From Octopus bimaculoides (lineage: Eukaryota): 44,396 bases of DNA. The notes below the pieces were generated by a model. That model made no database searches, was not told the origin of the DNA, and worked only from the letters and a program-made list of their open reading frames with translations. Of this stretch, positions 33,780 to 44,396 are shown one piece after another. Where the stretch lies: positions 21,610,570 to 21,654,965 of the forward strand of contig NC_068996.1 in the NCBI RefSeq assembly GCF_001194135.2, written 5' to 3'. Position 1 is the first letter of the stretch, and each line of letters begins with the position of its first letter. A program made the translations under genes and the position numbers.

Positions 33780-36170
33780 GAAGAGGGCAGGTCTTCTCAA
33801 AAACCTTTATATCACCAAACATCTTGGTCTATTGTCATTTCCTCTGTGAGGCCCAACATCCTCAGATTGGTCCTTATCACTTCATCATCCACTTTCAGTG
33901 ACAGGCACTTCTTTATGCAGCTGTACTCATTCATATGTATCATATGTCCAAACCAACGTAGTTTTCTTTCTTGCATGCACCAACTTTTCTCTTGATACAT
34001 TTGCATTTTGTTGTACATATGTTCTGATGTTGCACATCAAACGGAGCATATTGCCTTCATTTCTCTCCAGTCTACACATGTCTTCTGCATTCAGAGCCCA
34101 TGTCTTACTACCATGGAGTATAGCCGTTCATACACAAGCATCATATAGTCTACCTTTCACTCTGAGAGAGAGTCCTCTTGTTGCCAACAGAGGTAATAGC
34201 TCTCTGAACTTCCTTCACCCTATTCTTAATCTAGAAACAATACTTTCAGAGCATCCTCCACCATTGCTAATTTAGTCACCTAGGTAACAGAAACTATCTC
34301 AAGAGAGCCTCCTGGCCATTTGAGAGAATCTAAGTTCCATGTGTTTTCAGTGCTTATTACTCCTGCACATCTACCACATACAAATTATCTGTTAATCTAC
34401 CTGCGACTCCACTGTACTTCCTATGTGTCCATAGTTTACACTGGGTGCAGTGAATGGAATTTCTTCCAACTCCTTTCCTACATACTGAACAGGGCCATTT
34501 ACCCAACAGAAAGAGAGTTTTATCTTCTTTCTTACTAACAACAACTTTGGTCTTCGCAAGGTTAACTTTAAGGCTCTTTGATTCCAGGTCTTGTTTCCAT
34601 ACCTGGAATTTCTTCTCCAATTCTGCTACTAAAGATTCTACAATAAGAGCAAGGTCATCAGCATATAGCAGCTCCCATGAGCAGTCAGTTTTGAATTCTG
34701 CTGTTATGGCTTGGAGGACTATAATGAATAAGAGTGGGCTGAGAACTCAGCCCTGGTGAACCCCTACCTGTACACTAAATTCATCACTGTATTCATGGCT
34801 GACTCTCACCTTACTGACAGCATCACAGTACAAAGCTTGTACAGCTCTAGCAAGCCACTCCTCTACTCAACTTCCTTACAGAGCACCATATAACAGTGTA
34901 GGAAACTCTCTCAAAAGCTTTATCCAGGTCAACAAAGGCTAAGTACAATGGCTTACTTTTAGCCAAGTATTTTTCCTGAACCTGTCTCACTAGGAAGATG
35001 GCATCTGTGGTACTCTTCCCAGGTACAAAACCAAATTGCATCTCATCTAGTTTAATTCTATTTCTAATCAATTGAACTATAACCTTCTCAGAAACTTTTG
35101 TGACTTCTAGCAGTTTAATATTTCTGTAGTTGTTTCAATCTGAAGCATCACCTTTACTCTTGTAGCGGGTAACTATAATGCTACTACACCAGTCGTTGGG
35201 GATGGTGCCTTCCTGAATAACCTGATTAACTATAAGGGTGACTAAGCTGTATCCTACACCACCAGAAATTTTAATTATGTTGGCAGTGATTCCTGATGGC
35301 TCAGGGGCTTTCCTTGTCTTCATGTCCTTATTTGCCTTATCTGTTATGCTGCTATTAACTGTGATGGATGGTCCCTCAATTGGTTTGATATTTGGTAGAC
35401 CCTCCTTCTCCCATTCATTTTCCACATTTAGTAACCTTTCATAGTGACACTTTCATGCATCTTTCTTCTCTCAGGCACTAAGTACAAGCATACCATTGTT
35501 CATTCACACACTTTTGTCACACATCACATCTCTATTTTCTCTGATACACTGCTTTGCAATCCTGAACACCTCATGCCTCTGATCCTCACGTCGTAGGACA
35601 TTTGCAAATCTCTTACCTTCAGCTACTCCTTCTGCTATGTATACCCGACATCTAGCTGCCCTTTTGGCTAACTGATAGAATTCTCTGCTTCCGCCTTTTT
35701 TCTAGTCTTTACAGGCCTGTCATTTTGCTTTTATAGAACTGTCTCCTCCACCATGTCACCCTTGGTCTAGCTGGGACTATGCACAAACCATAGATTTCGT
35801 TTGTAGCCCTCAGTAGATTGTCCAGCAAGAACTTCCAGTTGTCCTCTAAGCTATATGTTCCTAACTCTTCCTCTCTTTCGTCAGAAGCTTCCATTAGAAA
35901 ATCTGTTTGAGCTTCCATAGTCTTCTTTTCCAGATTGGTTTATTTCTCCAAGTCTTTCTAGCTCTAATTCTGAAGTCACTAACTAGTAACCTATGTTGGG
36001 TTGTACACTTTTCACCTGAGAAAGACTTTGTAGTTTCAAGCATCCATCTATCTCGTTGCCTGGTGAGGAGGTAGTCAATCTGGCTTATGTGCTCACCAGA
36101 CTGATAAGTGATTAGGTGGCTGGCTGGGTTTTTGAAGTTAGTGTTGCAGATCATGAGACCATTTGCATCA
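33780..36170 (-). mobile_element. Long decayed RTE-clade LINE (AP endonuclease end to RT and C-terminus)
   Basis: CNTNFKNPASHLITYQSG..SQIDYLL..QHRLLVSDF; MQFGFVPGKSTTDAIFLVRQVQEKYL..AFVDLDKAFERV; WELLYADDL; CSVCRKGVGRNSIHCTQCKLWTH. Confidence 0.92.
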
Positions 36171-36329
36171 TACACACACACAAACATGTGTATGTATGTA
36201 TGTATATATATATATATATATGTATAATCATCATCATCGTTTAACGTCTGCCTTCCATGCTAGCATGGGTTGGACGATTTGACTGAGAGGACACACAAAC
36301 ATATGTATGCATATATGTGTGTGTGTGTG

Positions 36330-36367
<38 letters not shown>

Positions 36368-36904
36368 TCAACTTCTGTCTAGCAAACCACACACAAGGCT
36401 TTGGTCTGCACATACTTATAGAAGGAGACATTTGGGCAAAGTGCCACACAGAAGGCCTCAACCTGGAGCCATGTAGCTAGAAAGCTAACTTCTTACCACA
36501 CAACCATGTTTATATATATAAGTGTGTGTGTATGCAGGAGTGTTTGTCTCCTTGTTTTGACATCATACATTAAATATAAACAAGCACTTATGGTCTACTA
36601 TTCTCTAGTACATGAGTGTATGAGTGTGTGTACTTGTGTTTCCTTATCATGATACCACATGATTACAGTAAAGGAGTGCCACCATCAAATGAGGTCATTC
36701 ATTTCCAGTCTTTTGTGAAAATATGTTTGGCCATGAAGAAATATTAACCTTATATGGAAACAGGTGTTGGTGACAGCAAGGGCATCCAGCAATAGAAAAT
36801 CTACTTCAACAAATCCAGCTTAACCCTTGCAAGCGTGGAAAAAGAGGATGTTAAAAGGAAGATGAAGATGATGATATTAGAGAAGGATGAAAACAATGAC
36901 TTAC

Positions 36905-37030
36905 CATTTTAATTTCGTCTGGTAAGAAAAACTGCGGCATATTCGCTTTAACTTTCATGTGTGCGATATGTGACGGCATTCCTGGGTAAAAGGAATAGTT
37001 CGGGAGTACAACTGGCTGCTGTTGTTGTTG
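36905..37030 (-). CDS. PAN3: PAN3 internal exon: QQQQQPVVLPNYSFYPGMPSHIAHMKVKANMPQFFLPDEIKM
   Basis: CCATTTCAG acceptor and GTAAGT donor, 126 nt. Resembles PAN3 FPNYHIYP...HVAYMQPKANAPSFFMADELR. Confidence 0.88.
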
Positions 37031-38953
37031 CTGAAATGGAAACGATAGATGATGGAAGTTATACGAGGTGGTGAATATATATCTTTTTTTTACTTTTACT
37101 TGTTTCAGTCATTAGACTATGGCCATGCAGGGGTCATGCTGGGATGCCATCTTGAGGAATTTTAGTGCTTTTTTTTTTGAAGACTGGTACTTATTCTACC
37201 TGTCCCTTTTACCAAACTGTTAAGTCATAGCACCAACACTGGTTGTCAAGCAATAGTAGGGCTCAGACACAAACACACACCTAGATATATATGACCAAAT
37301 CCTTGAGTGGATTTCTTAGATGGAAAATGAAAGAAACCAGCTGTATATATATATTTATATATATATATATATATATACATACACACACACACACACACAC
37401 ACAGATGGTGCTCCAGAATGGCCGTAGTCATATGACTGAAACAAGTAAAAGAATATATATATATATATATATATATATATNNNNNNNNNNNNNNNNNNNN
37501 NNNNNNNNNNNNNNNNNNNNNNNNNNNNNNNNNNNNNNNNNNNNNNNNNNNNNNNNNNNNNNNNNNNNNNNNNNNNNNNNNNNNNNNNNNNNNNNNNNNN
37601 NNNNNNNNNNNNNNNNNNNNNNNNNNNNNNNNNNNNNNNNNNNNNNNNNNNNNNNNNNNNNNNNNNNNNNNNNNNNNNNNNNNNNNNNNNNNNNNNNNNN
37701 NNNNNNNNNNNNNNNNNNNNNNNNNNNNNNNNNNNNNNNNNNNNNNNNNNNNNNNNNNNNNNNNNNNNNNNNNNNNNNNNNNNNNNNNNNNNNNNNNNNN
37801 NNNNNNNNNNNNNNNNNNNNNNNNNNNNNNNNNNNNNNNNNNNNNNNNNNNNNNNNNNNNNNNNNNNNNNNNNNNNNNNNNNNNNNNNNNNNNNNNNNNN
37901 NNNNNNNNNNNNNNNNNNNNNNNNNNNNNNNNNNNNNNNNNNNNNNNNNNNNNNNNNNNNNNNNNNNNNNNNNNNNNNNNNNNNNNNNNNNNNNNNNNNN
38001 NNNNNNNNNNNNNNNNNNNNNNNNNNNNNNNNNNNNNNNNNNNNNNNNNNNNNNNNNNNNNNNNNNNNNNNNNNNNNNTATATATATATATATATATATA
38101 CTCACTGTTTTATTGAAGCCAAAAAGCTTCACAAATTATTACTCAGAGTTCTACATAACAATTCATCAGATACTTATGATAATTAAGATAAAATAATTTA
38201 CAAATTATGAGTCTATATAAGTCTTCAACAAAATAATCATTTAAATCTGACTGGGCAACTTATTTTTGAAATAGTGGTATACAGTTGGATGAAAGGGGAA
38301 TTGAGTCTAACAGAAAAATAATATAAATAATTGATAAGTTGAAAATCTTTTTTAAAAAATAAATTGTAGATGTAGGTGAAAAACAAAATATACAAAATAA
38401 GTTAGACTATGTCAAGAATAAGAAGATGTAAGAAATTAAATAAGACATAATTAAAGTAAGCCTAAAATCAAAATTAAAATTATGAGTGAAATTAAAATAA
38501 GAGCTATTAGATATCACTAAAACATACATAAATGAAAATACCAAAAATAAAAGAAAAAGAAAAGGAAGATGAAAAACAAAAAAGCTAAGAGAGAGAATGA
38601 GAGGGAGGGGAAAAAGAAAGGAATGTGATGTTAAAGAGATGAACTAGACGAGAGATAAGGAGAGGTGAAGTAAAAAGCAAAATGCAGAGAAAGCGTTATA
38701 TGTATACAGCATATTTATCAAATATGCCTTGTAGCAAAGAGGTGCAAGAAGGAGAAGGTTGACAGTTTTTACAATGTGATAGAGAGATTATTAGAAATAA
38801 ATTAGAAATACTATTAGAAACACTGAATTAGAAAAAGAATGAATAACCAAAGCTTGAACACAGACACAGTAATGGATTATAAGCAAAAATGTCAGATACT
38901 AATGAGAATGTGTAAACTGCAGAAAAAAATGTGTGTGCATGTGTGCGTATTTA

Positions 38954-38985
<32 letters not shown>

Positions 38986-39199
38986 TTATTAATATTATTA
39001 TTAAATTATATTATAAATTAAAATAATCACACAAACATGAAAGATATATTCTTTTTGCTGAAAACAGAAAAAAAAAAGTGATAAAATGATAAAATACTCT
39101 GGTTTTTTCATTGGCAAATATAGTGGTTATATTTATATACAAATATAGACTCATATGTGTGTGTGTGTGTGTGCGCGCGCGCATGTATGTATATATATA

Positions 39200-39375
39200 T
39201 ATAGTTCAAATTTACAAAAAACAAAAGATGAAGACAGTTGAAGGAACAAGCTGATGAATTAGTTTAATGCTCAGGAAGAATGGAAAAGTCTTTCAAGCCT
39301 ATACTCTTTGACAGAAAGGTTTGAGTGGAAAAAAATGGAGAGAACAGAAAAAAAGAAGAAAAAAAATGTGTAGGG

Positions 39376-39406
<31 letters not shown>

Positions 39407-39420
39407 CCATATGCGTATAT
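39200..39420 (-). repeat. Putative Penelope pLTR-like segment with decayed hammerhead relic
   Basis: Minus strand 39319-39288 reads CCTTTCTGTCAAAGAGTATAGGCTTGAAAGAC (CTG..GA-A-stem-GAAA layout, decayed). Lies directly upstream of, and opposite to, the Penelope ORF remnant. Confidence 0.35.
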
Positions 39421-40910
39421 GCTGTGACAAGAATTTATATAACAGGCTCCTCTCTAATACTATCACAGACATATAGGAAGGCAATAATTACTTTACACAA
39501 AGAGGTAAATCTTGAAGCAAAGAGAATTGTAATTAACTTAAATATCAGCAATGGGATGGAGTACCCCCTTCCACATAAGCCTTAAAAATCACAAAACCAA
39601 TTTTAGGAGAATCCCCAAATGTAGACTTATCAACTGGGCAAAAACAGAAATACAAATAATTAGCAAGAATATTTTAGATTCTATTCTCCATAAGATTAGT
39701 AGAGATATAAATGGAAAAATCAACAGGTCTGTTATGGATTGGTTTAACAACAAAACAATAAATACAACCATAAGTTTAATCTGTTTGACATCATGGACTT
39801 TAAGCTGTCAATAACTAGGCCTCTACTGCTTAAGGTACTTAATTTTGCTGAGGAATGCATAGCTGTCAGCAACTTGGATACTGACCTCATCCTGCTTGTC
39901 TTGAAATCCTGACAATGTTTCAACTCTATCTGAGTAAAGAAGAATGCGGATGCTTTGTCATACTTTCTATGGAACATATAATAAAGCAGAATTATGTCTC
40001 CTTATAGGTGTGTGTGTGCACCATTTACATATAGAATTTCCTTATTTAGAAACAGGTTTGTATAAGGATGATGGCCTTACCTCTAACATGAACAAGGCCT
40101 TAGAAAGAATCTTATTCTATTCTTCCAGCAGACAGGCTTAAAAATTATAGTTAACACGAATCTTAATAGTGTTAACTATTTAGTTACCAAATTAGATTTG
40201 TAATTTAACAGTTTTAAGCCAAATTGTAAGCCTAATGAAAGACTATCCCCTATGTCCCTAATGGAAACAACATCAGAAGGTGAACTAGGACTAGAAAGGT
40301 TTTGTGGCATAACTTTTAGCAAAAGCATTAGAAATCATGTAGTTAGGGAATTTTTAAATGTACCATCTAGACATTTTCCAAGTGACCATGAATTTTCAAC
40401 AGAACTCAAAATTAATTATTCTTGTTGCATAAATTTTGCCTCTCTTGTTAATCAGCACAATATCAACATTCTAAATAAACCTAGTGAAATTGTTGACAGA
40501 CCTAAATGCTATTTCAAATATCCTGTAGGCAGCCCTTCAAATGGTAAACTGCCCAATTAAAAGATGTTGTATATAGGACTAATGTACAGGCTGACAACAT
40601 CCCTACAAACAAAACTTCTACCAGGGCCACAAAAAATAGCTTCAAAACAAGATAACTCAACAGAAATTTCTTCAGATATCCTGAAAACAGGTTGCTAACA
40701 AGTCTAGTAAAAGACTGTTTGGCAAAAAAAAAAAAGAAGCTGGTTCAGTTCCCTTTAAGATACGTTATTCTATTTTGGAGAAAGCTAACCCTTACAAGCA
40801 GGGAGTGTACTGAAATTTTATGAAATGTTTGTTGTACTTGAGTGAAAATACTTCATACTGTTCCAAGACAAATTTGCATTGAACCACAAAATAGAGCATC
40901 GAAACTCTTA
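39420..40910 (+). mobile_element. Decayed Penelope-like retroelement (RT plus GIY-YIG endonuclease remnants)
   Basis: SLKNHKTNFRRIPKCRLINWAKTEIQIISKNILD; GLYKDDGL; GLKIIVNTNLNSVNYL; RHFPSDH..KINYSC; CPSNGK; YSILEKANPYKQG; YFILFQDK. Many stops and frameshifts. Confidence 0.8.
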
Positions 40911-41162
40911 ACGTATTGCAAAATGATTCCATATGGCAAGCTCATTACAAATTCACCAAAAATTATCAATTTTTTTAAATAACTTAGTTTTTGCAGGCAC
41001 ATTATATTGTGTTCCCCTAATTTATTCAGACTGTCAAATTTTGTTATACCTGATCGTTTTTTACCACACTTATATATAGCATTTTTTATGTTTTTCATAC
41101 CCACCACCTACATCACTCTGGACATATATCTTGCAAACCTTTTCAATTATTACTTTTAGTCA

Positions 41163-41540
41163 GGCAGAGGTGTAGCTGTAGTAAAAAGTTTACTTCCCAA
41201 CCTCAGAGTTTGGGGTTCAGTCTCACTGCATGGCACCTTGGGCAAAGCCTTGGGCCGACCAAAGCCTTGTGAATAGATTCAATAGATGGAAACTGAAAGA
41301 AGCCTGTCAGATATATACATATGTGTGTGTGTGTGTGTGTGTGTCTTTGTGTTTGTGTTTGTTTCTTCCACCACTGCTTGACAACCAGTGCTGGTGTGTT
41401 TATATCCCCATGACTTAGAAGTTTGGCAAAAGAGACCAATAGAAATACCAAGCTTTAAGAATATAAGTACCGGGGGTCAATACATTCAACTAAAAATTCT
41501 TCAAGTTGGTGTCCAACATGGTTGCAGTCTAATAACTGAA
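41163..41540 (+). mobile_element. SINE family B
   Basis: GGGGTTCAGTCTCACTGCATGGCACCTTGGGCAAAG...ACTGAAACAAGTAAAA. Confidence 0.8.
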
Positions 41541-41752
41541 ACAAGTAAAATATAAAAGATCTAAGTTTCTTTATTCTTATAACCTTTATATAATCATCTG
41601 TATAACCTATCTGCTGATGCACATGGCTTGAGCTTCACTTAGAAGTCATTTATGGAACAAGCAATAGTATTTTTGCCAAAACTTTGCAAACTTTAGAAAA
41701 TTACAATTTTAAATCTCACAATGTAAGAGATTCAGCAACAGTACTTTGTAGT

Positions 41753-41902
41753 AAAGATTGTTTGCCAACATAACATGGCAGTCCTGGTTTAGAACAAATG
41801 TTGCTGTAATTTAGCCCCAGGAGACATTGTCTCCAGCTAGCTATACGACATGATTTGTGTCCTTAAACCAGGACTGCCATGTTATGTTGGCAAACAATCT
41901 TT
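41753..41902. mobile_element. 150-bp MITE with perfect 39-bp TIRs
   Basis: 41753-41791 is the exact reverse complement of 41864-41902; preceded by TA. Confidence 0.85.
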
Positions 41903-43173
41903 GCAAACTTTGATAATAACACCATACTTAAAACGACAACCACCTCCACTGATCTTTCCTTCTCACGATGTCAAAGAACCTGAAGATGTACCTGTGCAAG
42001 CAGTTCCTGTAGATCAAATTCCAGAGACAGAAGTTCCTGTATCTTGTACACAGCCTGAATGACCAGTATTGGCACACGAGCATGGATAGGACAGGACAGA
42101 AACTGGACAGTCACACTGAGTCATGCATCAGTGCCTGTGTAGAATGTTTCATCAATACGACCAATTTCACAGTCAACTGATCACAAAGCACCCAGGTGAG
42201 GGGAATTAGACAAACATGAACTAATGTTGTGATAATGATAATACTGATGAAGATGGTGGCAGTGATAATGGTAATCACGGTAGTGAATATTGGTGCTGCT
42301 GATAATGATGATGGTGATGCAGGAAACAATAGCAATTGTGATGATGAAGGTGGTGATGAGGGGAAAGAAGATGGTGAAGGTGCCTTAGGAAACAAGTATG
42401 ATATTACTGTTTACACAGAAATAGAAGGAACTGTACATACTAAAGGCAGTGATACATTGATTTTCATTCATAAAATGTTTTGATCTATTTCCAGTAGAGA
42501 GTGTGGCACAACTTCAGTCTTGCTCACTTGTACTAAATTATTTCTACTCTACAAAGTTTATTTCTAGCTTGTTAGACAGTCAAATTTATAATTTTTATGA
42601 TGCATATAATTATTTCTAACATAAATGTAACCTTGAATATACATATATTGTGTGTGTGAGGATGTGTGTGAGCTTCCCAACCACATGCAATCTAGTTCAG
42701 TCTCACTGCATGGTACCTTAGGCAAGTGTCTTCTACTATAGCCTCAGGCAAACTGAAGCCTTGTGAGTGGATTAGTTTGATGGAAACTGAAAGAAGCCTG
42801 TCATGTAATGTGACTATATATGCATATACTAGCACACACACTCACACACATATGTTTATAAGTGTGTGCAAGTTTGTATATGTATATGTGTGTGCGTGTG
42901 TTACCACCTTGATGTTGCATGATAATTGTATGCAAGTATCAGCATCATACAAATAGTCCTTTGTTTTGTATCTTCTGTGAAAATGTGATGAGTGGTGACA
43001 GGAAGAGCATCCAGCCATAAAAAAATCCGTCCTAACAGGTTCCAAGATTCTATCCAACCCATGCAGGCATGGAAAAGCAGATGTTAAAACAATGATGATG
43101 ATTTCTAATACATACAAATTACAGAAACACATTTTATACATATATGTAACACACACACACTCACACATATAAC

Positions 43174-43213
<40 letters not shown>

Positions 43214-43694
43214 CTATATGTAGAGAGAGAGAGAGAGAGAGAGAGAGAGGCAGAGAATAAAGGTATATCAAATGCCATAGAACAAATTCTTGATTTGTTA
43301 AAATTATCTTCATCTCTAGAGGGTGTATCACAATTACTAAAAAGCAATTAAGACCAGCAGACCTCTTGCCACCTTAACAAGATATAATCTTAAGATATAT
43401 CATACCAAACAGTCTGACAAATGAACATCATTGTTAATAAGCTATACAACAAAGCATCTAACACACACACACATGCACCAAATGGATAACACTAAAATTT
43501 TCAAAAATATTCACTTACAACACTCTGAAATTGCGGAGCAAAATCTTCGGGAGAATAAAAATAGGTTGTTCCGCCAACGTTTTCCTACAAATAAAGAGAA
43601 AAAAATGGAAAAAAAAAAAACATTAAAACTTGTCTTCTACATTATATATATGTATGTATATATGTATTTATATATATATATATGTGTGTATATA

Positions 43695-44204
43695 CAGGGT
43701 TATTCAAAAAGAATGAACCAATTTCATTACACAATATTTTAATACGGAAAAGCAATAGAAACCTCCAGTTAAGTAACAAGAATTCAGTGTAGCCACCATC
43801 TGCAGCACGGGCAACATCAATGCGATAAGAAAATTCCTCCCAGATGCACATCAGTATATCAAAAGCAAGTTCATTATGGAACTAAAGAATAATTTTGCTT
43901 TCCTTGAGGCAATTCTAGAAGATATCGACATAGAACAGAAATGGAAAAATTTCAATAACGCATTCAACCAGACAGCCAAACAAGTAGTCAGTGGATCATA
44001 ATATGCTGATACGCATATGGGAGGAATCCTCTTATCACATTGATGTTGCCCATACTGCAGATGGAGGCCACTTTAAACACTTGTCAGAAAAGAAATAGAA
44101 GTGGACTGTGAGTAAATACTTGTGACTTAGCTGGAGTTTTCTATTGCTTTTCCTTATTAAAATATTGCATACTGAAATCAGTTCATTCATTATGAATAAC
44201 CCTG
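43695..44204. mobile_element. Mariner-derived foldback element with LINE-like spacer
   Basis: TA-CAGGGTTATTCA...TGAATAACCCTG-TA ends. Arms 43695-43859 and 44000-44204 are inverted copies, each encoding a transposase C-terminus (IWEEFSYRIDVARAADGG / [23 protein letters not shown]). Confidence 0.8.
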
Positions 44205-44347
44205 TACATCTATATATACATACATATATGTGCATGTATGTATGAATATATATATATATACATATAGATACGTATATATATATACACACATATCTATATG
44301 TATACATATGTATATGTTTACATATGTATATATATACACACACACAC

Positions 44348-44396
<49 letters not shown>

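Larger units (their letters stand above)
1..44396. repeat. Abundant (AT)n, (CA)n, (GA)n and (GAT)n microsatellites; N-gaps at about 3681-3951, 13542-13551, 14532-14541, 19760-20173, 26280-26473, 27280-27720, 28677-28687, 30951-30960, 32958-33027 and 37481-38078
   Basis: Directly visible. Most gaps abut dinucleotide tracts. Confidence 0.95.

Noticed and set aside
40853-41107. 84-aa minus-strand ORF
   Set aside because: The plus strand here finishes the Penelope ORF (YFILFQDK) and its 3' flank; the antisense ORF has no recognisable motif.
42111-42483. Low-complexity ORFs on both strands (poly I/T/S or D/G)
   Set aside because: Products of degenerate (GAT/GGT)n trinucleotide repeats.
3577-44349. 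Numerous ORF-track entries made of YI, HT, CV, RE or X runs
   Set aside because: Translations of microsatellites and N-gaps.
37031-44396. Expected upstream PAN3 exon with the GGTTYFY motif
   Set aside because: Not found by eye; it may be in the N-gap at 37481-38078 or beyond the window.
1-44396. CRISPR arrays, operons or prokaryotic/viral systems
   Set aside because: No regularly spaced repeat-spacer array and no gene-dense segment; the sequence is spliced eukaryotic DNA.

Overview
AT-rich animal genomic DNA with about 10 N-gaps and dense (AT)n/(CA)n/(GA)n microsatellites. The SINE/LINE repertoire looks like octopus (coleoid cephalopod); this is inferred from recognising the repeats, not from a search. 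The window lies inside one minus-strand gene, PAN3 (regulatory pseudokinase subunit of the PAN2-PAN3 deadenylase). Nine phase-compatible GT-AG exons (37030 down to 1478; 1107 nt, 369 codons) encode the end of the N-terminal region, the pseudokinase domain and the start of the coiled coil. The remaining 5' and 3' exons were not found and are presumably outside the window. The introns hold a full-length DD36E Tc1-type transposon with one in-frame stop, a decayed Sola2-like transposon, several RTE-type LINE fragments, a decayed Penelope-like element, at least four tRNA-headed SINE families and many foldback MITEs. Best leads: (1) a TSD-flanked tRNA-headed SINE carrying a minimal hammerhead ribozyme and an inverted copy of its own tail, suggesting a Penelope-mobilised SINE; (2) a mariner-derived foldback around a LINE fragment; (3) an intronic hairpin with G-U pairs polarised to the PAN3 strand; (4) a Gly at the pseudo-HRD Arg position of PAN3, plus candidate restorative A-to-I sites.
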